The notes below the pieces were generated by a model. That model saw nothing but the letters and a program-made list of their open reading frames with translations. It had not been told where the DNA came from and did not search any database. Shown piece by piece: positions 39,158-49,483 of a stretch of DNA of 64,000 bases; the stretch's first letter is position 1, and each line of letters starts with the position of its first letter. The position numbers and the translations under genes were made by a program. The stretch is from NCBI GenBank assembly GCA_963765205.1, contig CAVXVB010000009.1, positions 1,184,001 through 1,248,000 of the forward strand, written 5' to 3'. This DNA comes from an uncultured Verrucomicrobiae bacterium (lineage in GTDB: Bacteria; Verrucomicrobiota; Verrucomicrobiia; Opitutales; JABDGR01).

Positions 39158-40439
39158 TCGAGCCGAAGGCCGGATCAAACAAACGCCGGTAGAGGCGGAT
39201 GGCCGCGCCGTCGGTTAAATCCGCCAGGAAATCGCACACCAGCCGCGCGCGGGCCGCCTCGGTTTTGGCCTCGCGTAGGGCAGCGTTCCACCGCGCTGGC
39301 AGGAACGCGAGCTTGGGCTGCGGCGGCTCGATGCAATGCTCGCGCAGCGCGCCAAACAGCCGGTCAATGATGAAGCCGCCCTTGAATTCGATTTGCAAAA
39401 TGGAGGGCGACTGGAAGATGACATCATACGCGAGCTTTTTGTAAAAATCGGCCTCGGCCACAATCGCGGGGGCGATGGCGAGGTTCCACGCGTAGCGCTG
39501 GGTCGCGGCCGCCAGCGGGTGCCGGCGCGGCGCAAGGCGGCAGGCGCGGATGAACTGACCGATTTTCGCATTGAAGGCCGGCTCCAGCCGCTCGTCGTGG
39601 ATGAGTTTCAGCAAGTCCTCGAACCAAGGATTTTTCCGGTCAACGGCGAATCCTTTTTCCTCCGCCCAATGCCGGGCTGACTCAATGGTGATGAAGCGCG
39701 CCTTCACGCCGTCGAGGATGTCGTGCAGGCAATAGGCGGTGTCGTCGGCCCAGTCCATGATCTGGCATTCGAGAGATTTACATTCGTTGAGGTCGGCGTG
39801 CGCGCGGCAAGCTTGCGTGCCCGGTGCCCCGCCGAGGGCGAAATCGCGCAAGTATTCCTGCTCGTCGTAGAGAAAATGATGCTGGGGCGACAGGCCGCCC
39901 GCGCCCGCCTCGCGGAAGAGCGCCTTGTATTTCGTCACGCCGTCAAGAAACGCCCGCGTCGGGTTCAGCCCGCGCGCCTGTTTTGGTCGCTCGTAGAACC
40001 GCTCGGCCAGCAGCCGCAGGGTCTGCGCATTGCCCTCGAAGCCGCCCCAGCCCGCCATCAGCGCGTGCAGCCGCCGCTCGCCAATGTGGCCGAAGGGCGG
40101 GTGGCCGATGTCGTGCGTCAGGCCGATAGCCTCGACCAAATCCGGGTCCACGTAAAAGTCCGGCCCGAGTTCCGCTTGGCTCGCGTTGAGGAATTCCGCA
40201 ATCGAGCGCCCGATGCGCGCCACCTCAATCGAGTGGGTGAGGCGCGTGCGGTAAAAATCATATTCGCCCGACTGGAAAACCTGCGTTTTGGACTGCAACC
40301 GCCGGAAGACCGACGAAAAAATCACGCGGTCGCGGTCCACCGCGAACGGCGTGCGCGGGTCGCCCTCCTCGCGCAGGCCGCGGGGCGAGGCGGCGTCGAG
40401 CAGGGCGAAATCCGCATCGTTGTAAAATCGGTTGGGCAT
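39141..40439 (-). CDS. dgt: dGTP triphosphohydrolase (HD family)
   Basis: DRDRVIFS..FRRLQSKTQVF, RTRLTHSIEV, HDIGHPPFGH, FEGNAQ, ADDTAYCLHD. Confidence 0.92.
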   Translation of the reverse strand: MPNRFYNDADFALLDAASPRGLREEGDPRTPFAVDRDRVIFSSVFRRLQSKTQVFQSGEYDFYRTRLTHSIEVARIGRSIAEFLNASQAELGPDFYVDPDLVEAIGLTHDIGHPPFGHIGERRLHALMAGWGGFEGNAQTLRLLAERFYERPKQARGLNPTRAFLDGVTKYKALFREAGAGGLSPQHHFLYDEQEYLRDFALGGAPGTQACRAHADLNECKSLECQIMDWADDTAYCLHDILDGVKARFITIESARHWAEEKGFAVDRKNPWFEDLLKLIHDERLEPAFNAKIGQFIRACRLAPRRHPLAAATQRYAWNLAIAPAIVAEADFYKKLAYDVIFQSPSILQIEFKGGFIIDRLFGALREHCIEPPQPKLAFLPARWNAALREAKTEAARARLVCDFLADLTDGAAIRLYRRLFDPAFGSITDLT

Positions 40440-40564
40440 CGCAGGAGCATAGGAATGTTTGCCCGGATGCATCTCGCTTGCCAACTGGAAAGTCTGTTTC
40501 GGGCCTAAATCCGCCGCCAACCGTGTCTATTGCCTTCCGTGTTCCACGCTGAGTCGCCTTTTTG

Positions 40565-40956
40565 GGTAGTGTCCTGAATCTTTCGCACATTGGGTCTGGG
40601 CAGTTGGTGGCGTAGTTGAGGTTTTGTTGGTTTTGGGTGGTTTGGCTCCTGCGGAGGGAGGGCGTAGCCCGACCGGAGCAGGAGCCAAGGAAGGTTTATT
40701 TTTACGCGGTGTTCATGGTTGGGCTGGCCGATTCCTCGGTGGCGTTATGGCCGCGCAGACGGCCCATGTCGAGGTAGCGTTTCGCGCCCCACTTCGTGCC
40801 GGCCACGTGGCGCAGTCGCGCCGCCACGAGTATCAGTGCGCTTTGGCCATCGGGGAAGGCGCCGACGGCACGGGTGCGCCGTCTTATCTCGCGCATGAGC
40901 CGTTCGAGCGGATTGTTGGTGCGCAGGCAGCGCCAGTGTTCGCTGGGGTAGTCCAT
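40565..40956 (-). mobile_element. Truncated IS256-family copy (right end + last 84 codons of transposase), inverted relative to the main copy
   Basis: Terminal IR GGTAGTGTCCTGAATCTTTCGCACATT at 40565; reverse complement matches 42341-42720 with a few substitutions. Confidence 0.9.
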
Positions 40957-41326
40957 ATGGACTCCCCGCCATTTACCACGCAATTCGTCGATTACCGGCC
41001 TCTTTTCATCGAGCAGTTCGACTTGTATCTTGGCAATTTCGCTATCCACGGTGAGGGCAAGGACGAGCAGAAGTTGATTGGCGGCATCCGCCTCTTTTTT
41101 GAGCCAGGTTCCAATAAAAGGGGCAATGGCCTTGAACGCTCCGCGTCCAGGTTTAATGACGGCCGACTCAGGGGCCGCCGGCGCAACCGGATCTCCCGAG
41201 GAGATAGCGGTGGTCTGGGGTAGATCGTCAGCGAAGTCCTGCGGCAGGATATAACGTTCCGGATCGTCATATTGGAGCATTTTCACCTTGAGCAAGAGTG
41301 CAGGGTTCTCCACCAGTCGTCCGGCT

Positions 41327-42595
41327 TTGAGTCAGACGACTGACCCGACTTCTTCTCGGGAAGGTGCGGCTTCGCTGCCGCCGCCCTCCCTGCCGGACAA
41401 TGTAATCTCGATTGACCGTGCCACGCTCAAGAGCCATCTGGATCAGGTGGTGCGCGGGACGGACGAGGAGACCTTGAACGCGTTGCTGGATGCCGAGGCC
41501 GACCAACTGTGCGGGGCGAAGCGCTACGCGCATTCGCCCGACCGCGTGGACACGCGTGCCGGCCATTACGAGCGTCAACTGCACACGAAGGCGGGCGAAG
41601 TGACACTGAAGGTGCCCAAACTGCGCTCGCTGCCGTTCGAGACGGCCATTATCGAACGGTATAAGCGCCGCGAGATCAGCGTGGAAGAAGCGCTGGTGGA
41701 ACTGTATCTGGCGGGCGTGTCCGTGGGCCGGGTCGAAGACATCACGGAAGCGCTGTGGGGGACGCGGGTGAGTTCCAGCACGGTGAGCGAGTTGAACCAG
41801 AAGATCGCCGGCACCATCGAGCAATGGCGGAACCGGCCGCTGGAGGGGACGCATCCGTATGTTTACCTGGACGGCATCTGGCTGAAGCGCAGTTGGGGCG
41901 GCGAGGTGAAGAACGTGAGCATCCTGGTGGCCATCGGGGTGAACGCGGACGGCTACCGCGAGATTCTCGGGGTGAGCGAAGGGTCGAAGGCGGACAAGGC
42001 GAGCTGGCTGGGGTTCCTGCGCCAGCTCAAGGCGCGCGGGTTAACCGGCGTGAGACTGGTGATCAGCGACAAGTGCCTCGGCCTGGTGGAGGCTCTCGGC
42101 GAGACCTTCACCGCCGCCCAGTGGCAACGCTGCATTGTCCACTTCTACCGCAACGTCTGGACGGCGGTGCCCACGAGCAAAGTGCGCGAAGTCTCCGCGC
42201 TGCTCAAAGCCATCCACGCCCAGGAGGACGCCGCGGCGGCGAAGCAAAAGACCGTGGCGGTGGTGGCGCGCCTGCGGGAAATGAAGCTGGCCAACGCGGC
42301 GCAACTGGTCCACGACGGCCTCGGCGAAACGCTGGCCTACATGGACTACCCCAGCGAACACTGGCGCTGCCTGCGCACGAATAATCCGCTCGAACGGCTG
42401 ATGCGGGAAATCCGGCGGCGCACCCGTGTGGTCGGCGCCTTCCCCGATGGCCAAAGCGCACTGATGCTCGTGGCGGCGCGACTGCGCCACGTGGCCGGCA
42501 CGAAGTGGGGCGCGAAACGCTACCTCGACATGGGCCGTCTGCGCGGCCATAACGCCACCGAGGAATCGGCCAGCCCAACCATGAACACCGCGTAA
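41327..42595 (+). CDS. IS256-family (Mutator-type DDE) transposase
   Basis: RAGHYER, YVYLDG, VISD, WQRCIVH, TNNPLERLMREIRRR; start uncertain (TTG 41327 or 41288). Confidence 0.93.
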   Translation: MSQTTDPTSSREGAASLPPPSLPDNVISIDRATLKSHLDQVVRGTDEETLNALLDAEADQLCGAKRYAHSPDRVDTRAGHYERQLHTKAGEVTLKVPKLRSLPFETAIIERYKRREISVEEALVELYLAGVSVGRVEDITEALWGTRVSSSTVSELNQKIAGTIEQWRNRPLEGTHPYVYLDGIWLKRSWGGEVKNVSILVAIGVNADGYREILGVSEGSKADKASWLGFLRQLKARGLTGVRLVISDKCLGLVEALGETFTAAQWQRCIVHFYRNVWTAVPTSKVREVSALLKAIHAQEDAAAAKQKTVAVVARLREMKLANAAQLVHDGLGETLAYMDYPSEHWRCLRTNNPLERLMREIRRRTRVVGAFPDGQSALMLVAARLRHVAGTKWGAKRYLDMGRLRGHNATEESASPTMNTA

Positions 42596-42720
42596 AAATA
42601 AACCTTCCTTGGCTCCTGCTCCGGTCGGGCTGCGCCCTCCCTCCGCAGGAGCCAAACCACCCAAAACCAACAAAACCTCAACTACGCCACCAACTGCCCA
42701 GACCCAATGTGCGAAAGATT

Positions 42721-44304
42721 GGGGCTGTTGCCCAAATCCAATCAATTTCGGCCCAAGTCACGATGATGGCATGTAAGATGCTGTCCTGTAGGCCATTATG
42801 ATGGGAGCCCAGGACCCGCAGAAGCAAATGTTCAACTACAGTGTGGATTTGGATCGCCGGGTGCGGCGGGACAACCCGTTGCGAGCCATTCGGGAACAAA
42901 TCGACTTCGCCTGGGTCCGCGACGAGGTGGCCCACTGTTACGGGCACAATGGGAACGAGTCGGTGGACCCGGTCGTGATCCTTAAACTGCTGTTTTTGCT
43001 CTTTCTTGACGGTGTAAAGAGCGAGCGTGAGTTGCTGCGCATCGTACGGAGCGGCTCGATTACTTGTGGTTTCTGGGCTATGGGCTGGATGATGAGATTC
43101 CCGACCACAGTGTTTTGTCCAAGGCGCGCGTTCGCTGGGGACGGGCCACCTTCGAGCGGTTCTTTGTGCGCACGGTTACGCAATGCGTCGCGTTGGGGCT
43201 GGTGGACAGCAGGAAGATCCACCTGGACAGCAGCCTGGTGGACGCCGACGCGGCGCGAGGCTCGTTGACCAGCACCACCCCCGAGCTCGTGGCCGCGTTG
43301 CGGGCCGCCTACGCGGTCGAGGAGTCCAAGTTTGAAATTGGCGAGGAGGAACGGCGCACCATCCCGCGGCACCGGACCAACTTCAGCCGGACGGACCCGG
43401 ACGCGACGCTCGTCGCCCGCGACCCGCGCAGCGCGTATGCCGTCGCGAAGCCGCGTTACAAGAGCCATCGGGTGGTGGACAACCGATGCGGTGTGATCAC
43501 GGCGGTGGAAACCACTCCCGGACACATCCGGGATGGCAACTGTCTGCCGGCGCTGGTGGAACAGCATCACCGCACCAGCGGCCTCGCGGCCAAGACAGTG
43601 ATTGGCGACCAGCATTACGGGACGCGGGAAAACTTTCGGCACCTTCAAGCCTTGGGCGCGCGCACGCACATGAAGCCGCTGCGCTCGAAAGGCATGGCCG
43701 AAAAGCACGGGGTTTTCCATGTGACCGAATTTCGTTATGACGCGGCGACCGACGCCTTCCGCTGTCCCGCCGGGCGGGCCCTCACGCGGCGGGGCTACAA
43801 CAAAAACGAGCAAGGCTGGTATTACCGCGCGGACACCGCCGTCTGCCAGGCCTGTCCCTTGCGCCACCGATGCACCAAGACGGCGCACCCCTCCCAGACC
43901 CGCCTGATTGTGCGGCCTGACGGTCATGAGTTCCTCCTGCAAGGTTGGGCCCAAGCGGACAGCCCCGCGGCCAAGCGTGACCGCCGCCGGCGAATGACCC
44001 TGATTGAAGGAAGCTTTGGCCAGGCGGCGCAGAACCATCATTTCAAGCGGGCGCGGTATCGGCGGCTGTGGCGGCAAAGCATCCAGGACCATCTGATTGC
44101 GGCGGCGCAAAACGTGAAAAAGATCATCCAACGAGCCTCCCGCACGGGCCTCGCGGCCGTTTTGACCGTAGCCGCCGCCGCGCATCATCCTATCCGGAAC
44201 ATTTTTCGACTGACGGCATCCTTGGTTGGGGAAATATTGCCTGCGCCGCTCGACTGTTGGTCGTTAGTGTGACCTACGCGATTAATGATTCAGGCAACAG
44301 CCCC
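42721..44304 (+). mobile_element. IS1182-family insertion sequence
   Basis: IRs GGGGCTGTTGCCCAAATC / GGGGCTGTTGCCTGAATC (16/18); 4-bp duplication GATT at 42717-42720 and 44305-44308. Confidence 0.92.
42798..44272 (+). CDS. IS1182 transposase, frameshifted at ~43047
   Basis: DUF772-like start (SVDPVVILKLL..SERELL) joins ERLDYLWFLGY..PDHSVLS if one base is added; TDPDATL, CQACPLRHRCT, IEGSFG. Confidence 0.88.
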
Positions 44305-44331
44305 GATTCAGGACACTACCATTAAGAACTT

Positions 44332-44425
44332 AACCACGGAGAGCACGGAGGACACGGAGGAAATTCAACTCGAAACCTGAAATCCAAAACTATATCTCTC
44401 CGCGTTCGCTGTGTTCCCTATGGTT
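44332..44425. repeat. Inverted repeat built from 9-nt tandem units (CACGGAG core)
   Basis: Arms 44332-44359 and 44398-44425, 20/28 match, mismatches mostly transitions. Confidence 0.7.
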
Positions 44426-44434
44426 GAAAAATTC

Positions 44435-47233
44435 CTATCCTAGTGCGGCGAGCAAGCGACGGAATTCCTCGCGCTTGGCCTGGTTCTCGGCGAACTGCTT
44501 GCGCGCGCCCTCGATGACATTCGCTGGCGCCTTCGACGTGAAGGCCTCGTTGGCCAGCCGCGCTTCGCTGCCGGCGATGACTTTGTCAAGTTGGTCGAGT
44601 TCTTTGGTTAGGCGGGCGCGTTCGGCGGTTTTGTCAATTAGGCCCTCAAGAACCAGATGAAGTGTGCCAAAAGGAGTAATCGCTGCGACGGATTCTGCGG
44701 GGGCCGGAAACTCAATCTGTAGAAAGCCTATCTCGGAGGCACCTGTCATTCGCAGTAATTTTTCCATGTCGTTTGAAATTTCTTCGTATTGAAAGTATTT
44801 GCCTTGTAACAAAAATTTCATGTCACGGCGTGACGCCAGATTTCTTTGAGCCTTAAGTCCTAGAGCTTGCGAAACGAACTGGCGGCGCATCGGCAGCATA
44901 TTGGCCTCAGCCTTGTTTAGCTCAATGCCACGACTCTTAAACATTCGAAATAATTCATTATAATCGCCAGCATTGGCATTTCCAATCATCTGAAATTGTT
45001 GCCCATATCCAAGCAGATGCCACAATTCCTCTGTGATAAATGGCATAAATGGATGCAACAAGATTAGAAACTGACGCACGCATAAATCCATAACAGCCAA
45101 CACGTGTGTTCGGTTTGCCTCATTCGTTAGTCTTGTTTTTGTTGCCTCGATATACCAATCACAATAGTCTCCCCAGAAGAACGTGTAGAGGTCACGCGTA
45201 GCTAGATTGAAGCGGTAAGTGGCGGATATTAAGTCGAGGCTGAATACTTGTTTAACTCCGAAGTGAGTATCATTCAATCGTCCGAGTATCCCGTGGTCGT
45301 CCTTGTCCATCTGCGCAGGATCAACTCGTGCTAAAATTGCCTCGATTGAAGCGCTGTCACCAGAAGGGCCTGACATTTGGCGAAACCGAGCAGCATTCCA
45401 AATTTTGTTACAAAAATTTCTTCCCAATTCTACATTACTTTCGTCGAAGAGAATGTCATTGCCCTGCGGGGCGCTGTTCATGGTGCCGAAGCGCAGGCCG
45501 TCCGCCCCGTATTTGTTGATGAGGTCAATCGGATCGGGAGAATTGCCGAGGCTTTTCGACATCTTACGCCCCTGCTTGTCGCGGATGATGCCGGTGAAAT
45601 AAACGCGTTCAAATGGAATGCATTTTCTGATAATTGCTTCGGATAATGGGGCATTTTCCCGTTCAATTCTCGTTTTATTTTGTTCTTCTGAAGGCGACAT
45701 GAATTCGAGGCCGGCGATGATCATGCGCGCGACCCAGAAGAAAATAATGTCCGGCCCGGTCACCAGGTCGCTCGTCGGATACCAGAATTTCAACTCTTCC
45801 GCTTGTTGCGCGTTTGGCTCGGGCCAGCCCATGGTCGCAAACGGCCAGAGCCACGACGAGGCCCAGGTGTCGAGCGAGTCCTCGTCTTGCTCCCAATTCT
45901 GCGGGTCGGGCGGGCCGTCCACCGAGACGTGGCGGTTGGCCGAGTCGGCGCGGTCCGCACCCTTTTTATACCAGACCGGAATGCGATGGCCCCACCAGAC
46001 CTGGCGCGAGATGCACCAGTCCTGAATTTTGTCGAGCCAGTTTGCATAAACTTTCGTCCAATGATCGGGAATAAAACGAATATACCCCTTGGCTACCGCC
46101 GCCTTTGCTTCTTCAATTCGCGGGTATTTCAAAAACCACTGTTCGGACAGGCGCGGCTCGATGGGCACGTCCGCGCGCTCGGAGAAGCCGACGTTGTTCT
46201 CATACGGCTCCTCCTTCACCAGCAAGCCCAGTTCCCTCAATTTTTCGGCGGCCACTTTGCGCGCCTTGAAACGCTCCATCCCGACAAACTCCTCGCCCGC
46301 CAGCGCGGTGAGTTTCCCGCCCGCGTCAATCACCTCGATGATGGGCAGGTTGTGCCGCTGGCCGATTTCGAAGTCCACCCGGTCGTGCGCGGGCGTGACC
46401 TTGAGCGCGCCGGAGCCGAAATCCTTGTCCGCCGCCGTGTCAAAAACGATCGGAATTTGCGCGCGGGGAAACGGCCGCCAGACATGCGCGCCGCGCAGGT
46501 GCGCATAACGCGGATCGTCGGGATGCACCGCGACGGCGGTATCGCCCATTAGCGTTTCGGGGCGCGTGGTGGCGATATTGATAAATTCGCCGGGGCGCTC
46601 GACGATTTCGTAGCGCATGTGGTAGAGCAAACCCTTTTGCGCCTTCGGGATCACCTCCTCGTCGGACAGCGCGGTTTGCGAGGCCGGGCACCAATTGACC
46701 ATGCGCTTGCCACGATAGATGTAACCGCGCTCGTAAAGTTTCACAAACGCCGCCAGCACCGCGCGGCTGTAGGCCGGATCGAGCGTGTGGACGGTGCGCG
46801 CCCAATCGCAGGAGCAGCCGAGACGCTTGAGTTGCTCGATGATGATGCCGCCGTGTTTGTCGCGCCATTCGACCACGCGCGCGAGGAATTTTTCGCGGCC
46901 CATTTTGCGGCGGTCGAGGCCCTCCTTGCGCAATTCCCTTTCGACGCGGGTCTGCGTGGAAAGCCCGGCGTGGTCCGTCCCCGGCAGCCACAGCACCGCC
47001 TTGCCTTCCTGCCGTGCGCGCCGCGCAAGGATGTCCTGGATGGTGTTGTTGAGGACGTGGCCCATGGTCAGCACGCCGGTGACGTTCGGCGGCGGGATGA
47101 CGATGCAGAAGGCGCGCTCCGGGTGCGCCGGGTCGGCGACGCCCGCAAACGCGCGCGCGTCGAGCCACGCTTGATACCAGCGTTGCTCGACCTGGCTCGG
47201 GTCGTAGGCTTTGGCGATGTCGGGGCCGGACAT
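44435..47233 (-). CDS. valS: Valine--tRNA ligase
   Basis: PPPNVTGVLTMGH, PGTDHAG, DWCISRQ, KMSKS, C-terminal coiled coil. Confidence 0.97.
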   Translation of the reverse strand: MSGPDIAKAYDPSQVEQRWYQAWLDARAFAGVADPAHPERAFCIVIPPPNVTGVLTMGHVLNNTIQDILARRARQEGKAVLWLPGTDHAGLSTQTRVERELRKEGLDRRKMGREKFLARVVEWRDKHGGIIIEQLKRLGCSCDWARTVHTLDPAYSRAVLAAFVKLYERGYIYRGKRMVNWCPASQTALSDEEVIPKAQKGLLYHMRYEIVERPGEFINIATTRPETLMGDTAVAVHPDDPRYAHLRGAHVWRPFPRAQIPIVFDTAADKDFGSGALKVTPAHDRVDFEIGQRHNLPIIEVIDAGGKLTALAGEEFVGMERFKARKVAAEKLRELGLLVKEEPYENNVGFSERADVPIEPRLSEQWFLKYPRIEEAKAAVAKGYIRFIPDHWTKVYANWLDKIQDWCISRQVWWGHRIPVWYKKGADRADSANRHVSVDGPPDPQNWEQDEDSLDTWASSWLWPFATMGWPEPNAQQAEELKFWYPTSDLVTGPDIIFFWVARMIIAGLEFMSPSEEQNKTRIERENAPLSEAIIRKCIPFERVYFTGIIRDKQGRKMSKSLGNSPDPIDLINKYGADGLRFGTMNSAPQGNDILFDESNVELGRNFCNKIWNAARFRQMSGPSGDSASIEAILARVDPAQMDKDDHGILGRLNDTHFGVKQVFSLDLISATYRFNLATRDLYTFFWGDYCDWYIEATKTRLTNEANRTHVLAVMDLCVRQFLILLHPFMPFITEELWHLLGYGQQFQMIGNANAGDYNELFRMFKSRGIELNKAEANMLPMRRQFVSQALGLKAQRNLASRRDMKFLLQGKYFQYEEISNDMEKLLRMTGASEIGFLQIEFPAPAESVAAITPFGTLHLVLEGLIDKTAERARLTKELDQLDKVIAGSEARLANEAFTSKAPANVIEGARKQFAENQAKREEFRRLLAALG

Positions 47234-47291
47234 GGGTGAAAAGGGAGACAATAGAGATAAAATGGAAAAAGGAGGAAAGCAAAAATTTTCT

Positions 47292-47365
47292 CCGCCAAGG
47301 CGCGAAGAGCGCAAAGGACTGCTTCAACTCGAAGAGTACTCTTTGCGTTCTTAGCGACTTGGCGG
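47292..47365. repeat. Inverted repeat built from 8-9-nt tandem units (CGCNAAG core)
   Basis: CCGCCAAGGCGCGAAGAGCGCAAAG vs revcomp CCGCCAAGTCGCTAAGAACGCAAAG, 22/25. Confidence 0.78.
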
Positions 47366-48592
47366 TGAATCCTTCCTCGCGGGTCGAAGCACGCCGATGC
47401 GCCCGACCAACACTGCTCCCGCCAGGAACAGCACCAAGCTGTAGCCAAAGGCCACGCGCACGCCGAACGCGCTCCACAACGCGCCGACGGCCACGCTTGA
47501 AATAAAGTCCCCCACCCCGTTGACGGTCGCCAGCACGCCAAAGGCCATCCCATGGCGGGATTCCTCCACCAACTCGGCGCTTAAGGAGTCTTCGAGCGTC
47601 TCGTTCATGCCGACGTGGATGCCGTTCAAAATAAACACGGCTGCCAAAACCCCCAGGCCCGGCGGCGGCGCGATAATCAAGAGCGCCATCACCGCCGCCA
47701 AACCGTAACTCGCGCCGAGCAGGAACACTTTGGAAAAGTGGTCCGCGAGCCAGCCGGCGATGAACGCGAAGGCGGCATAAAGGATGTTGTGCAAAACATA
47801 GAGCGCGACCGCCGCGCTGGCGGCCCGGGCCGCGCCGTAAACCGGCGTCAGTTCCTGCGCGGCCAGCAGGATGAGCAGCGTGGGCGCGCAATCCCCCGCG
47901 CCAAACAGCCCCGCCGCCAGCAGGAATTTTCGATACTGCGTCGGCAGGCCGCGCAGGCCTTCGCCAAAGGAAATGCTTTTGATGTGCGGGCGCTTGCGCT
48001 CTTTGACCAGAAAGGCCACGGCCAGCACCGCGGCCAAACCGGGCACCAGCGTGCAGAAAAAAACCGGTGGATAGTGGTGCGCAAAGGCTTGCAGCAAAAA
48101 ATATGCGCTCAGCGGCCCGGCGATGGCGCCGCAGGTGTCCATCATGCGCTCGAAGCCGAAGGCGCGGCCGTAAGTTTCGCGCGTCACCGCCGCGGCCAGC
48201 ATCGCCTTGCGCACCGGCGTGCGCACGCCCCGCCCCAGCCACGCCGTGCAGCGCGACAACAACACCTGCCACGCGCTGCTCGCGAAACCAAAAGTCGCCG
48301 TCGCCAGCGCCGTGACGGCGTAGCCGCACACCATGACCGGTTTGCGCCGCGCGAGCCGGTCCGTCCAATGTCCGGAACCAAGTTTAGCGAGGCTGGAAAG
48401 CCCGTCGGCGGTGCCCTCGATGAGGCCCACCCACGCCGCCGCCACGCCCATCGAGGCCAGAAATGCGGGCAGAATCGTCGTGGCCGTCTCATGCGACCAG
48501 TCGCTCAACAGTGAGGCGAGGCCGATGCCCAGCACGGTCGCGTTGAGCCAGCAGCCGGGCGCGGGGGCGTGATTGGACTTGGCCTGACCCAT
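47351..48592 (-). CDS. MFS transporter
   Basis: Multi-TM hydrophobic pattern, GHWTDRLARRK motif A, GRAFGFERMMDTCGA. Confidence 0.9.
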   Translation of the reverse strand: MGQAKSNHAPAPGCWLNATVLGIGLASLLSDWSHETATTILPAFLASMGVAAAWVGLIEGTADGLSSLAKLGSGHWTDRLARRKPVMVCGYAVTALATATFGFASSAWQVLLSRCTAWLGRGVRTPVRKAMLAAAVTRETYGRAFGFERMMDTCGAIAGPLSAYFLLQAFAHHYPPVFFCTLVPGLAAVLAVAFLVKERKRPHIKSISFGEGLRGLPTQYRKFLLAAGLFGAGDCAPTLLILLAAQELTPVYGAARAASAAVALYVLHNILYAAFAFIAGWLADHFSKVFLLGASYGLAAVMALLIIAPPPGLGVLAAVFILNGIHVGMNETLEDSLSAELVEESRHGMAFGVLATVNGVGDFISSVAVGALWSAFGVRVAFGYSLVLFLAGAVLVGRIGVLRPARKDSPPSR

Positions 48593-48816
48593 GCGCGTCA
48601 CTATTCCCGGCTCAAGCTACAAGACTCAAGCAGTATTTTCGCTGAGGCGGAGACTGCGGCCGGCCAATGTATTCTTTCATGCGGCTGCATCCGCCCGGAC
48701 GACAGCGCCATAAAGCGTGGGTAACTTAAAATGACAGCAATTATTACAAACTTAATGCATCCCTCTTGGAGCAAACACCTGCGGTGCGGTGGCTGACTTG
48801 GATACGATATAACGGA

Positions 48817-49356
48817 CTACGGATCCGGCCAGTTGGCGCCCTCGACGATCCATTGTTTGATTGTGGCAATTTCATCGTCGCTGGGCTGATCCTCGGAGAC
48901 CGGCGGCATGTGGTCGCTGGCGTTGGGGGAGCGGGTGATGGCGCGGTAAACATCGCTGCGGTCGGGATCGCCGGGGGTGACGTGCATGAAGACGCTGGCT
49001 TTGACGTCGAGGCGCACGCCCCCGCGTTGCTTCCCATTGCCGTGGCATTGGTAGCAATAGTAATCAAAAATGGGTTTAACCTGCTGATCAAAATCGATTT
49101 TGGCGATGGTGGCTGCGGAAGTGGCGGGAACCGACACTTGCACAGGAGTGGCGGGCACAGCGTTGGCGGGCGCGGCGGCCACAGCCACAACAGTTGGCGG
49201 TGGGACAGAGGGGGTAGGAGCCGGTATAGAATCCGATGATGGGGCGGGAGGCGGTTGCGCGACCGCCGACGGGGTGGCGGGGGCGCCGGCGCAGGCGACC
49301 AAGGCCAACGCAGCAAGCGCGGGAATGACAAACAGGAGGGAGGAATGGGGTTTCAT
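48817..49356 (-). CDS. Planctomycete-type cytochrome c domain lipoprotein
   Basis: Lipobox LVAC, Pro/Ala linker, FDQQVKPIF..CYQCH, GVRLD, HMPP, IKQWIVEGA. Confidence 0.85.
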   Translation of the reverse strand: MKPHSSLLFVIPALAALALVACAGAPATPSAVAQPPPAPSSDSIPAPTPSVPPPTVVAVAAAPANAVPATPVQVSVPATSAATIAKIDFDQQVKPIFDYYCYQCHGNGKQRGGVRLDVKASVFMHVTPGDPDRSDVYRAITRSPNASDHMPPVSEDQPSDDEIATIKQWIVEGANWPDP

Positions 49357-49483
49357 TGAGATCGTTGAGGCCGGAGAGATTGGCTCCCGGAGACTCGGGG
49401 GCTTTTTCAGGAGTTCTAAAATAGCAGTAAAACTTGCTTGTCAACCCTCGGCGAGTGCCTGTAAACTCTGGACAATTCTATTT

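Larger units (their letters stand above)
41327..44320 (+). mobile_element. IS256-family element lacking its left end; right IR split by IS1182 insertion
   Basis: Right IR AATGTGCGAAAGATT (to 42720) resumes as GATTCAGGACACTACC (44305-44320); no left IR found upstream of the transposase. Confidence 0.88.

Noticed and set aside
39141..40439. dGTPase as an anti-phage defence system
   Set aside because: Host-like composition and ordinary Dgt motifs, with no defence genes around it.
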